From the IMG/VR virus record IMGVR_UViG_3300027800_000005: a DNA stretch of 50,637 nt; one strand, written 5' to 3'. Source of the DNA: a virus. The notes beneath the pieces were generated by a model. It was not told the origin of the DNA and made no database searches. It saw only the letters and a list, made by a program, of their open reading frames with translations. Position numbers and translations under genes: made by a program. Below are positions 1-7,753 of this stretch, one piece after another; positions within the stretch are counted from its first letter, which is position 1, and the number at the start of each line of letters is the position of its first letter.

Positions 1-127
1 GGGGGGTAGACATGGCAGAGTTAGATGGACGTTGGGTAACGATGAACGGAGCCAGAGTATTTATCAATTCAAAGGGCGATGTTATTATGGGCCTCGGTAA
101 AAGCTACCATACTAAAAAACTTAATGA
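1..127. repeat. Terminal overlap copy 1, identical to 50511-50637. Indicates a circular or complete assembly with a unit length of 50510 bp.
   Basis: Read base by base: ggggggtagacatggcagag...actaaaaaacttaatga occurs at both ends of the window. A 127-nt overlap is typical of a k=127 assembler overlap. Confidence 0.95.
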
Positions 128-740
128 CGATGAAATGGTAAATTTGATAGCCTCAGCAAATGAGGACGAATTAGATTCTACAGGCAAAGATGGTACTAAG
201 CGTGGCGATACGTATGCTGCTTTTATTGGTGACAATTTGGGTGCTAGCCAACTCCCTGAATTGATAACTGAAGATGGACTCGCTGCTGAGGTTGCAAATG
301 GTGGTGTTGAACTATGGCGAGGCTTTGGAGCAGACGGGGAGGCCTATATAGAAGAGTATAAAACTGGCAAATGTTACTATGGCTTTGGTGTAAGTGGTAG
401 TGGCACATATACATCTACTGATAAAGAGATGGCGTTTATGTTTGCCGAATTTGACAAAAAAAATATGGCACATATGGTACTCAGGGCAGATGCTAAGGTA
501 ATAGAATACGACACTATGTTGCTAGGTAATTATCCAAAAGAAACTAGAACCAGATTGAAAAACATTGCTGGGAAGTTAGGTTCTGAAAATAGAGATAGGC
601 TGTCAGCAACTATATCGAATTTTACAAATGATTTTGGCATTGTAGGTTTAATAAACGGTTACGACGCTATAAGGGTAAGAAATACTAACAATGACATTTA
701 CGTTGTCCTCAACAGAGGGGCTGTAAAGGTGGTGGGATAA
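12..740 (+). CDS. Leader-family paralog A. N-terminal MAELDGRWVTMNGARVFINSKGDVIMGLG module, plus a C-terminal domain homologous to that of 48581-49336 (function unknown, possibly a divergent ART-like fold).
   Basis: 242-aa ORF with a G-rich RBS (gagggaggggggg, read across the circle junction). The N-terminus is shared with four other ORFs. The C-terminal blocks QLPELITED, ELWRGFG, G.GTYT, MAHMVL, GYDAIRV and Y.V.LNRGA.KVV are shared with 48581-49336. The stop abuts the MuF gene start (taaATG). Confidence 0.8.
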   Translation: MAELDGRWVTMNGARVFINSKGDVIMGLGKSYHTKKLNDDEMVNLIASANEDELDSTGKDGTKRGDTYAAFIGDNLGASQLPELITEDGLAAEVANGGVELWRGFGADGEAYIEEYKTGKCYYGFGVSGSGTYTSTDKEMAFMFAEFDKKNMAHMVLRADAKVIEYDTMLLGNYPKETRTRLKNIAGKLGSENRDRLSATISNFTNDFGIVGLINGYDAIRVRNTNNDIYVVLNRGAVKVVG

Positions 741-1919
741 ATGCTTGGTCCTGATAAGATAAAAGAAGCTCCATTGGCTATTCAGAAACTTATGCTCCAT
801 TTGCAGGATTATGGCATCAGAGACATCGCAAGACGCATTGCCAAAAATGGGAAAATAACTAGTAGTGCAGAGTATCAACTCACTACAATGATGGAGCAAG
901 ACATTTTCAATCGAAATTTTAAGGAAGATGTACGTAAAATATTAGGCATGACTGAAAAGCAGATTGACCAGATTTTTCGTCGAGCAGCAGAGGCAAATTA
1001 TATTTACGACAAACGTGCATTTTCTGAAAGAGGCATACCTTTTATACCTTTTGAAGATAATAATTTTATGCAGTCTATTACCAGGAATATTATTAACGTC
1101 ACTAAAGGTACGTTACAAAATATTACAAATAGCCTTGGTTTTGCAAAGAGAATAAATGGCCAATTATTATTTCAACCTATTGCAAGATTCTATCAATCAG
1201 AACTTGACTTGGCAACTACAAGTGTTGCAGCCGGGGTAAAGACATTTGATGGAGCATTAAAAGATGCTGTTCATAACATGGCAGACAGCGGTATAAGAAC
1301 TGTTGATTATGCAACCGGACATCAAGATAGAATTGATGTTGCTGCTCGTCGAGCGATGATGGGAGGCATGAGGAGTCTCACAAATAGTCAGAGTGATTAC
1401 AATTCTAACGTTATGGGTACTACAGTATATGAGATAAGCTGGCACGGTGGACATAGACCATCACATGCGTGGGGTGGCAGAAGATTCGATACAAAAGGGA
1501 TTTACTACCCGACAGAAGAACAACTATATGCAAAATATACCGCTCCTGATGGTACGATAGGTACCCTTGAAGATTACAATTGTTATCATGAGAAATACGC
1601 TATATTTCATGATGCTCCTCCTAAATATACAGACGAACAACTCAAAAAGATGTATGAGGAGCAACAGAGAAAAATAGAATACGAAGGAAAGGAGTACACT
1701 GAATATGAGGCAAGGCAACAGCAAAGATTTATGGAAAGGGTTATGAGGAGACAGAGGGGAGTGGTTGCTGGTTACGAGGGTGCAGTTGAGGGTGCTCAAG
1801 AAAATCAGATTCTTGTTGATGGCCTTCGTAATGAGAAAATAAAAATGCGAATACTCAGAAAACAATACAGGGACTTTAGCAGTGCTATGGGCATAGACCC
1901 AGAGTTTGAAAGATTGTAA
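741..1919 (+). CDS. Minor head / head-morphogenesis protein (MuF / SPP1 gp7-like, 'minor capsid protein 2' type).
   Basis: 392 aa, located downstream of the portal region and before the scaffold gene. Pattern-level resemblance to MuF-like minor capsid proteins (AARRAMMGG, EISWHGGHRPSHAWGGRRF). Basic coiled C-terminus. Confidence 0.65.
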   Translation: MLGPDKIKEAPLAIQKLMLHLQDYGIRDIARRIAKNGKITSSAEYQLTTMMEQDIFNRNFKEDVRKILGMTEKQIDQIFRRAAEANYIYDKRAFSERGIPFIPFEDNNFMQSITRNIINVTKGTLQNITNSLGFAKRINGQLLFQPIARFYQSELDLATTSVAAGVKTFDGALKDAVHNMADSGIRTVDYATGHQDRIDVAARRAMMGGMRSLTNSQSDYNSNVMGTTVYEISWHGGHRPSHAWGGRRFDTKGIYYPTEEQLYAKYTAPDGTIGTLEDYNCYHEKYAIFHDAPPKYTDEQLKKMYEEQQRKIEYEGKEYTEYEARQQQRFMERVMRRQRGVVAGYEGAVEGAQENQILVDGLRNEKIKMRILRKQYRDFSSAMGIDPEFERL

Positions 1920-1928
1920 AGAAAAGAG

Positions 1929-1957
1929 TTGACATAACCATTTAAGTATGATATAAT
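1929..1957 (+). promoter_or_regulatory. Consensus sigma-70/SigA promoter P1, in front of the structural operon.
   Basis: TTGACA 1929-1934, 17-bp spacer, TG at 1949-50, TATAAT 1952-1957. Confidence 0.8.
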
Positions 1958-2124
1958 AACAGTAGAGGGGTATAGTACTACCATACTTATAGTACCCCTA
2001 CAATGTACTTTAAGCGGCTATAATGGATTTTTCCATATAGTATAAATTGACCGCAACGTCGTTAAACTACGGAGGCAAGTGGAGGCAACCCACGTAAGAA
2101 AAGCGTAGCCGAGAGAGGAGTTAC

Positions 2125-2742
2125 ATGAACCGCGATTTTTTGAAAGGCCTCGGAATTGAGGGACTTACCAAAGAAGTTATCGACCAGATTATGGATGAAC
2201 ATGGTAAGACGGTAAACGCCAACAAGGCAGTAAGTGATGAGACCATCAAGCAATTAAACGAAAGTCTTAGCAAAAGGGCAGAGATTACTCCTGAGGATTA
2301 CACCAAGTTGAAAGGTGACTTTTCTGAAGCTACTAAAAAGCTTAAGGGATTTGACGGTATTGACGTGGTAAAGATTCAGGAAGATTTGGCCACAGCAAAA
2401 GGTAAGATTTCCGAGTTGGAAACGACTCACAGTGCTAAGATTTCAGAACTTGAAACCGATGCACTTCTGCGGGAGCACATGGCAAAGGTAGATTTCTCGT
2501 CAGACTATGCTAAAAAGGGTGTATACGAAGACCTTAAGTCAAAGGTCAAGTATGAGGCCGGCAAAGATGGTTCCATTGGAGCTTTGACCGGATTTGAAGA
2601 GGCACTGGAAGAAATTCGCAGTACTCAACCTTCGGCTTTCGTTTTGGAAGATTCTACTAAACAGAAGGCCAAAGACGAGGGAGCTAGACACAAAGGAAAT
2701 GACAATCAAAAACCAGCGAAAGAGATACCGTTACTTATTTGA
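2125..2742 (+). CDS. Scaffolding protein (Phage_GP20-like).
   Basis: N-terminus MNRDFLKGLGIEGLTKEVIDQIMDEHGK matches the GP20 scaffold signature. Charged coiled-coil composition, and the gene sits directly upstream of the capsid gene. RBS gagaggag. Confidence 0.8.
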   Translation: MNRDFLKGLGIEGLTKEVIDQIMDEHGKTVNANKAVSDETIKQLNESLSKRAEITPEDYTKLKGDFSEATKKLKGFDGIDVVKIQEDLATAKGKISELETTHSAKISELETDALLREHMAKVDFSSDYAKKGVYEDLKSKVKYEAGKDGSIGALTGFEEALEEIRSTQPSAFVLEDSTKQKAKDEGARHKGNDNQKPAKEIPLLI

Positions 2743-2765
2743 TTTTAGAAAGGAAATGACAAACA

Positions 2766-3884
2766 ATGGCAAGAATTGCATCATTATCCATTCTGCTTGA
2801 ACAAACAGGTCAAGATTACCTGTCCGAGCTTTATGGAAAAGTTATCGAGAACGTTGAAAAGGGTACTATTAGTGGTTTGCTGAAAAACACAGACCTTAGT
2901 GGTAACCCTATTGCAGGCACAGTTGAGGCAAAGCGTATCGCTTTTGCTGAAGCGCAGGCATATGGTACGGCACGCGCTGCCGGTGCAGGTGACAAAATCG
3001 TTGTCAGACCAGTCACTGTTCCTATTGACCAGGATAAGGAACTCGTTACCGAGATTGAGGAAAAAGACACCTCGCTTTACGGTGTTGAGGGTTTGCTCGA
3101 AAGACGTTCTGCAGAACACACCGCGTCTATGATTCGTGCGCTGGAAAAAGCTTTCTTCGCACAGGCCGCTACCGATGCTACCGCCATCACAAGTGCTACT
3201 ACCGATGCACAAGCGAGATTCGAGGAAGAGGTTTTGGCTATCGAAACCACTGCTAACGATTTTGTGAATGGCGTTCCGCGTTCGATGATTCACATCGTCA
3301 AAACTCCGCAAGAATATTCCAAACTTCGTCGCTGGATTAACACTGATTCTAACAATGCAAGTGTACTCTCAAACGTTGAGGAATTCGGACTTCTGAACGG
3401 CGTGCACGTATACTCCAGTATTGACCTCCCGACAGGGGTTGGTACTATTGGTATGTGCCAAGGCGCAATCGCAGAACCGGTCCTCCCCAAGGGTTACGAT
3501 GCAGAGAAGATTCAGTTGTCGAATGCGTACGCCCTCGAGCTGTTCTACAGCTACGGTATCAAGAGCGTTATGCCTGACCTGATTATCAAGAGAGCGTCTG
3601 ATACCGTCGTTGCAGTTACCGGTATTGCCCTTGACGAGAACACATTGACAATCGTCGATGAAGCCACCGACCTGCTGACAGCTACATTCACTCCTTCCAC
3701 CGCCACTGAACAGGGTGTTCTCTGGACCACAACTAACGCTGCTATTGCAACGGTTGCCGCTACGGTTGACCCGCTCATCGCCACTGTTACTGCGGTTGGT
3801 GTTGGTACTTGCAAAATCAAGGTTACTACCGATGACGGTGGTTACGTTGACGATTGCACCATCATTGTTACTTCTGGTACCTAA
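2766..3884 (+). CDS. Major capsid protein with a C-terminal Ig-like (Big_2-type) decoration domain.
   Basis: 372 aa, follows the scaffold gene. The C-terminal ~85 aa (VTGIALDENTLTI...TATFTP...VLWTTTN..IATV...G.VTAVGVGTCKIKVTTDDGGY) has the Big_2 pattern. Confidence 0.8.
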   Translation: MARIASLSILLEQTGQDYLSELYGKVIENVEKGTISGLLKNTDLSGNPIAGTVEAKRIAFAEAQAYGTARAAGAGDKIVVRPVTVPIDQDKELVTEIEEKDTSLYGVEGLLERRSAEHTASMIRALEKAFFAQAATDATAITSATTDAQARFEEEVLAIETTANDFVNGVPRSMIHIVKTPQEYSKLRRWINTDSNNASVLSNVEEFGLLNGVHVYSSIDLPTGVGTIGMCQGAIAEPVLPKGYDAEKIQLSNAYALELFYSYGIKSVMPDLIIKRASDTVVAVTGIALDENTLTIVDEATDLLTATFTPSTATEQGVLWTTTNAAIATVAATVDPLIATVTAVGVGTCKIKVTTDDGGYVDDCTIIVTSGT

Positions 3885-3915
3885 TAAATGATTCGATAAA
3901 TAAGGAGGAGCACCT

Positions 3916-4071
3916 ATGAAAGTTAAAGACAGAGAGACTGGACTCATCCTCGAAAGTAAAAATGAGTTCGTTACCCAGCAATGGCTGAAACATCCCGAGA
4001 AATATATCCAACCGAAGAGCGCTGCGGTTGCAGCAGCTCCTGTGCCGGTGCCGGTGAAGAAAAAGAAATAA
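3916..4071 (+). CDS. Small hypothetical protein (51 aa, not in the supplied ORF track).
   Basis: ATG at 3916 preceded by taaggaggag. Open to TAA at 4069-4071 (MKVKDRETGLILESKNEFVTQQWLKHPEKYIQPKSAAVAAAPVPVPVKKKK). Fills the gap between the capsid and connector genes. Confidence 0.55.
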   Translation: MKVKDRETGLILESKNEFVTQQWLKHPEKYIQPKSAAVAAAPVPVPVKKKK

Positions 4072-4086
4072 TAGGAGGTGTACAAA

Positions 4087-4476
4087 ATGGCTTATGCTAC
4101 AGTAGAGTTTTATCAAGACAGTTATCTGCTCGGCAGACGGCCTAAGTTACCTCTCACCGAATTTTCATATTGGGAACAGACTGCCAGGAGATTCATTGAC
4201 GACTATACTTTCAACAAGATAACAGAAGAGATTCTTGAAGGTGAGTATGGTGAGAAGATTAAACAATGTGTTTGCGAACTTTCTGAATACCTATACGTAA
4301 ATGAGGGAAACGAGAACAAACAGTCCGAAGGGATTCCAGGAAGAAGTGCTTCGTACCGACAGGGTACCGAATATTTCATTTGTCGTAGACATTTGGGATT
4401 GACAGGACTAATGCATAGGGGGTGTGAGTATGTTGTTTCCGAGGGATACAGCCTCGACGACGGTGACAGTATATAG
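4087..4476 (+). CDS. Head-tail connector / adaptor (gp6-like).
   Basis: AGGAGG at 4073-4078, then ATG at 4087 (the track start at 4078 is a GTG). The motif YATVEFYQDSYLLGR...LT..EF.YWEQTA..FID.YT is typical of head-tail connector proteins. Position is after the capsid gene. Confidence 0.65.
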   Translation: MAYATVEFYQDSYLLGRRPKLPLTEFSYWEQTARRFIDDYTFNKITEEILEGEYGEKIKQCVCELSEYLYVNEGNENKQSEGIPGRSASYRQGTEYFICRRHLGLTGLMHRGCEYVVSEGYSLDDGDSI

Positions 4477-4957
4477 CTACCTCCTCGTTAAAAACCAGGA
4501 CGGGGAAGATGCGGGTAAAACGTACAAGCGTACCGTACTCCCCGACTGCGTTTGGACACAAGATTCAGAGGCAAACTACAAAGCAACCGGTATTTTGAAT
4601 GCAGAGAATGTAAAGTTGCTTATCCCGTTTGATTCTGATTACTTTTCAGTTCAAGATGGTTCGGTGTTTGTGGGAGATGGGTGGACTGTTCAGATTGGCC
4701 CTGAACTGGTTGGCTCGTATATAGTTAAAGGTGAGTGCCTGTACGACTTTCCACCCTATCTCATTGAACAGGACGAACCAGCCGAAGTCCTCTATGATAT
4801 CCCTGAAGAGGAAGATGCTGGTGTGCTACAGGACATCGATTTCATCAGGACATACGTAGAACCATTTGAGGCACAGAACAAGTATAAGCGTCCCAAAGAA
4901 ATAATTGAGCATTTTGTCGGAAGCCGAAACCTTTGGTATATAGAGGTCAGGTGCTAA
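4430..4957 (+). CDS. Head-tail joining protein (hypothetical).
   Basis: ORF in the connector block. ATG at 4430 follows gggggtg. No diagnostic motif recognised. Confidence 0.55.
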   Translation: MLFPRDTASTTVTVYSYLLVKNQDGEDAGKTYKRTVLPDCVWTQDSEANYKATGILNAENVKLLIPFDSDYFSVQDGSVFVGDGWTVQIGPELVGSYIVKGECLYDFPPYLIEQDEPAEVLYDIPEEEDAGVLQDIDFIRTYVEPFEAQNKYKRPKEIIEHFVGSRNLWYIEVRC

Positions 4958-4958
4958 T

Positions 4959-5339
4959 ATGGTAGTTGTTGTGAAGATAGACGCGACGCTCAATCTTGGC
5001 CTCATGGAGGCTAAGTACAAGAAGGCATTTGCGATTGGTGGTCCGATACAACAATTCATAGATAGTACTGTACTCAATGGTGTTGAACCATATATACCGA
5101 TGAGAATAGGTACGACTACAAAAAGCGGAATACTCCATAGTGAAATAGGTAGTGGAAAACTCACTTGGAAGACACCGTACGTTCGATATATTTGGTATGG
5201 GAAAAGCAAGACTGGAAGAGATTTGGTGTATGGCCAACGTAGACATCCACTCGCAGGTAAAATGTGGGCGGAGAGATACAAGGCCGACCATTTCGAGGAA
5301 CTCAAAGGTATGGTCATAAGGAAGGTGGCGAATATATGA
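4959..5339 (+). CDS. Tail/head completion protein (HK97 gp10-like 'minor capsid' family).
   Basis: 126 aa. The pattern V..YIP...G.....S........G.L.W..PY.RY.WYGK is typical of this family, and the gene sits in the connector block. Confidence 0.55.
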   Translation: MVVVVKIDATLNLGLMEAKYKKAFAIGGPIQQFIDSTVLNGVEPYIPMRIGTTTKSGILHSEIGSGKLTWKTPYVRYIWYGKSKTGRDLVYGQRRHPLAGKMWAERYKADHFEELKGMVIRKVANI

Positions 5340-5824
5340 TACCAATTTATGAGCCGAGAGACATAATCAAGCCCATTTTTGATTTCATAAAGTCGTGTCC
5401 ATTTCTTGACACATACCACATCGACATGACTCCATCCGGAGTTCAGAGATTGGTCACCGATAAACCTGACGGTAGTGCACTTGACTATGTAGGTAGTACT
5501 AAGTTGTCGAACAACAAAGACTTGCTACAGAATATGTACACTGCACGGCAGGCGAACTTTCAACTCTGGCTACTTCGGAAGAGCAACTACTCGGTATATA
5601 GGCAAGAAATTGCTGACTTCCTGTGGAATTTTGAACAATGGGTAGAATACTGCCAAGCCTACGGTTTGTGTCCTAAGATTAGTTTAGACAATAATGATAA
5701 ATTAGTCGAATACATGAGCGCAGACAACGGAGTGTTCTTTGCCGAATGGGAAGGCCAGGAGAGTAGCCTATATGTTGTGCAGTTGCACATAATTTACTAC
5801 AATAAGTATAAGGAGGAAAACTAA
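5336..5824 (+). CDS. Tail completion protein (hypothetical).
   Basis: ATG at 5336 overlaps the upstream stop (ATATGA) and follows aaggaaggtgg. The gene lies immediately before the major tail gene. Confidence 0.6.
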   Translation: MIPIYEPRDIIKPIFDFIKSCPFLDTYHIDMTPSGVQRLVTDKPDGSALDYVGSTKLSNNKDLLQNMYTARQANFQLWLLRKSNYSVYRQEIADFLWNFEQWVEYCQAYGLCPKISLDNNDKLVEYMSADNGVFFAEWEGQESSLYVVQLHIIYYNKYKEEN

Positions 5825-5825
5825 C

Positions 5826-6641
5826 ATGGCAACACCTACCATCACCGGTTCGGGAGATGTTCAGCGTAAGATGCTTGCTTGCGCCATTGACGTAAGCGAA
5901 ACCGAAACGCCTAGTTATTTGGTTGTTGGTTACAAGATTACTGGTTCAACCTTGGAGTTTAGTCCGGACGTTGAAAAAGGTACAGACATCAATGGACGTA
6001 ACTTTAGCAGCTTGAATAAATTTGAGCCGACGCAATCTTTTGAACCGCATAGACTCACTTCTGGTGAGCTTGGTAAACTCGGTGAGATTCTGATTCAGTA
6101 TTTCAGATACAACGACATGGCCAAGTTTAGCCAATTCAAGTGCATGCTAATCTATGGTTTTCTTGGAACCGCAGGTGCATATCCTGCAGATACGTATGAC
6201 GCTTGTACCATTACTCCCCAGAGCCTTGGTGGAGAAATGTGGACAGAAATGCCTTTTGAAGTCACCTTTGGTGGCGAAGTTGTGCACGGCACGGCTGACA
6301 AATTGATTGACACTGTTACATTCACTGAGGAAAATGTTACAGACGTTACTGCAATCGCTATTACTGGGATTGATGCTCCGGTGCTTGGTGAAACACCTGA
6401 CACCGCTGCAGTTACCGCAACCACTGGGGTTACACTTGGCACAGTTACTTGGTCACCTGCTGACGCGACATTTGAAGCCTCGACGGTTTACACCGCGAGC
6501 ATTGTCTGTACTGCAGGTACTGGTTATGGATTTACATCTGGCACTGCAGTTACAGTTAACGGCAGCGCAGCCACTGAAACTCTGAACCAGAATGGCACAC
6601 TCACCGTGACCTTCTCCTTCCCTGCAACTGCTGGAACCTAA
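5826..6641 (+). CDS. Major tail protein with a Thr/Ala-rich Ig-like C-terminal domain.
   Basis: 271 aa in the canonical position upstream of the chaperones and tape measure. The N-terminal region resembles TP901-1/phi13-type major tail proteins. The C-terminal ~95 aa is a T-rich beta-sandwich-like sequence. Confidence 0.75.
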   Translation: MATPTITGSGDVQRKMLACAIDVSETETPSYLVVGYKITGSTLEFSPDVEKGTDINGRNFSSLNKFEPTQSFEPHRLTSGELGKLGEILIQYFRYNDMAKFSQFKCMLIYGFLGTAGAYPADTYDACTITPQSLGGEMWTEMPFEVTFGGEVVHGTADKLIDTVTFTEENVTDVTAIAITGIDAPVLGETPDTAAVTATTGVTLGTVTWSPADATFEASTVYTASIVCTAGTGYGFTSGTAVTVNGSAATETLNQNGTLTVTFSFPATAGT

Positions 6642-6682
6642 TTCACTAATTTAATTACAAAACAAATAAGGGAGGCTTACCC

Positions 6683-7174
6683 ATGGCAAGCGATATTCAA
6701 AACAACAATTTAAGTTTAAACTACGACGATGGGTTTAAACAAGTCACTATCAATAATGACCCCGAACGGGTTATTCGCTGGAACCCAAACGATGCCAACT
6801 TCGTTGACAAGTTTTTAGAATTTCAAGATTGGATTGAAGGCGATTTCAAAACCAGACTCCAGGGACTCGGTATTTCAAAAGAGAAAAAGTTTGAAGAATA
6901 CGACAAAGGTTCAATCACCGAACTTGGTAAAGAAATGTGCAGAAAGATTGATGATACATTCGGCAGAAACATTTCTGGTCCTGCATTCTCTGGTATTAAC
7001 CCGATTAGTCCGATGTCGAACGGCAGTTTGTTGTTCGTGAATTTTATCGAAGCCCTTATGCCCATGATTGAAAACAGTATTAAGGACTTTGACAAGTCTC
7101 GCAAGAAATATACTGACGCTGCAAAAAAGATAACCAAAGCCGTCGTGGTTAAGGACAAAATTAGTTTAAAATGA
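6683..7174 (+). CDS. Tail assembly chaperone.
   Basis: 163 aa, acidic, between the major tail and tape measure genes. RBS aagggagg. Confidence 0.65.
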   Translation: MASDIQNNNLSLNYDDGFKQVTINNDPERVIRWNPNDANFVDKFLEFQDWIEGDFKTRLQGLGISKEKKFEEYDKGSITELGKEMCRKIDDTFGRNISGPAFSGINPISPMSNGSLLFVNFIEALMPMIENSIKDFDKSRKKYTDAAKKITKAVVVKDKISLK

Positions 7175-7749
7175 TTGGGTTACTTCCGAAGTCCCTTGAG
7201 GTAGATGGGGTTGAATATCCTATAAACAGTGATTTTAGAGCAGCTTTGTTGATATTTGAGGCCTATGGAGATAATAAACTTAGTCCATTCAATAAACAGT
7301 TAACGATGCTCGAGATACTATTCACCCCCATTGCAACAAGTGATAACCCAACCCCACAACCTAACGTTCCTCCGAGTACCGATGAGGCATTGCGTCAGGC
7401 TTTATGGTTTTTGGATGTTGGCAACGAGAATAGAGATAAGAGTGCCAACAACGTTAAGACCATGGACTATGCTCAAGATGAACAACTCATTTTTAGTGCA
7501 GTCAATGCAGTTTTCTCAAAAGATGTCAGAGAAGAACCATATATGCATTGGTGGACTTTCTACGGTTTGTGTCAAGCTATTGACAGCGAGAGTATGATAG
7601 CTAATATAGCCAACATACGGTACAAAAAGGCAAAAGGCAAAAAGCTCGAGAAATACGAGCAAACTTTTTATCAAGAAAACAGGCATTTGATAGACTTTAC
7701 TACATCAGATTCAGATTATGAGGAAATGTTACGTCAGTTGAGGGGGTGA
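7171..7749 (+). CDS. Gp15-family tail assembly protein.
   Basis: N-terminus LP..LEVDGVEYPINSDFRA.L.I.E matches the 'bacteriophage Gp15' family signature. ATGA overlap with the upstream chaperone gene. Confidence 0.65.
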   Translation: MIGLLPKSLEVDGVEYPINSDFRAALLIFEAYGDNKLSPFNKQLTMLEILFTPIATSDNPTPQPNVPPSTDEALRQALWFLDVGNENRDKSANNVKTMDYAQDEQLIFSAVNAVFSKDVREEPYMHWWTFYGLCQAIDSESMIANIANIRYKKAKGKKLEKYEQTFYQENRHLIDFTTSDSDYEEMLRQLRG

Positions 7750-7753
7750 ACGC

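Noticed and set aside
1-127. The terminal repeat as a biological direct terminal repeat or a cos-type end.
   Set aside because: A length of exactly 127 nt, together with the junction falling inside an RBS/ORF, fits an assembler k-mer overlap of a circular or circularly permuted genome. A true DTR cannot be excluded from sequence alone.
1920-2124. tRNA or other classical RNA genes in the larger intergenic regions (1920-2124, 20656-20736, 34903-35012, 41860-41963).
   Set aside because: I could not build a cloverleaf with a T-loop (GTTCRANYC) or a D-loop signature. The structures present are simple hairpins.
2594-2800. Plus-strand alternative-frame ORFs, for example 2594-2800, 964-1155, 6307-6585, 8328-8528, 9756-9959, 18393-18620, 41612-41866 and 45784-46032.
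   Set aside because: They are embedded out of frame in longer genes that carry clear motifs or synteny. They have no SD sequence at a suitable distance.
6683-7749. A programmed -1 frameshift (G/GT type) between the two tail chaperone ORFs.
   Set aside because: The second ORF has its own ATG in an ATGA overlap with the first stop, and it matches the independent Gp15 family N-terminus. I saw no slippery heptamer in the overlap.
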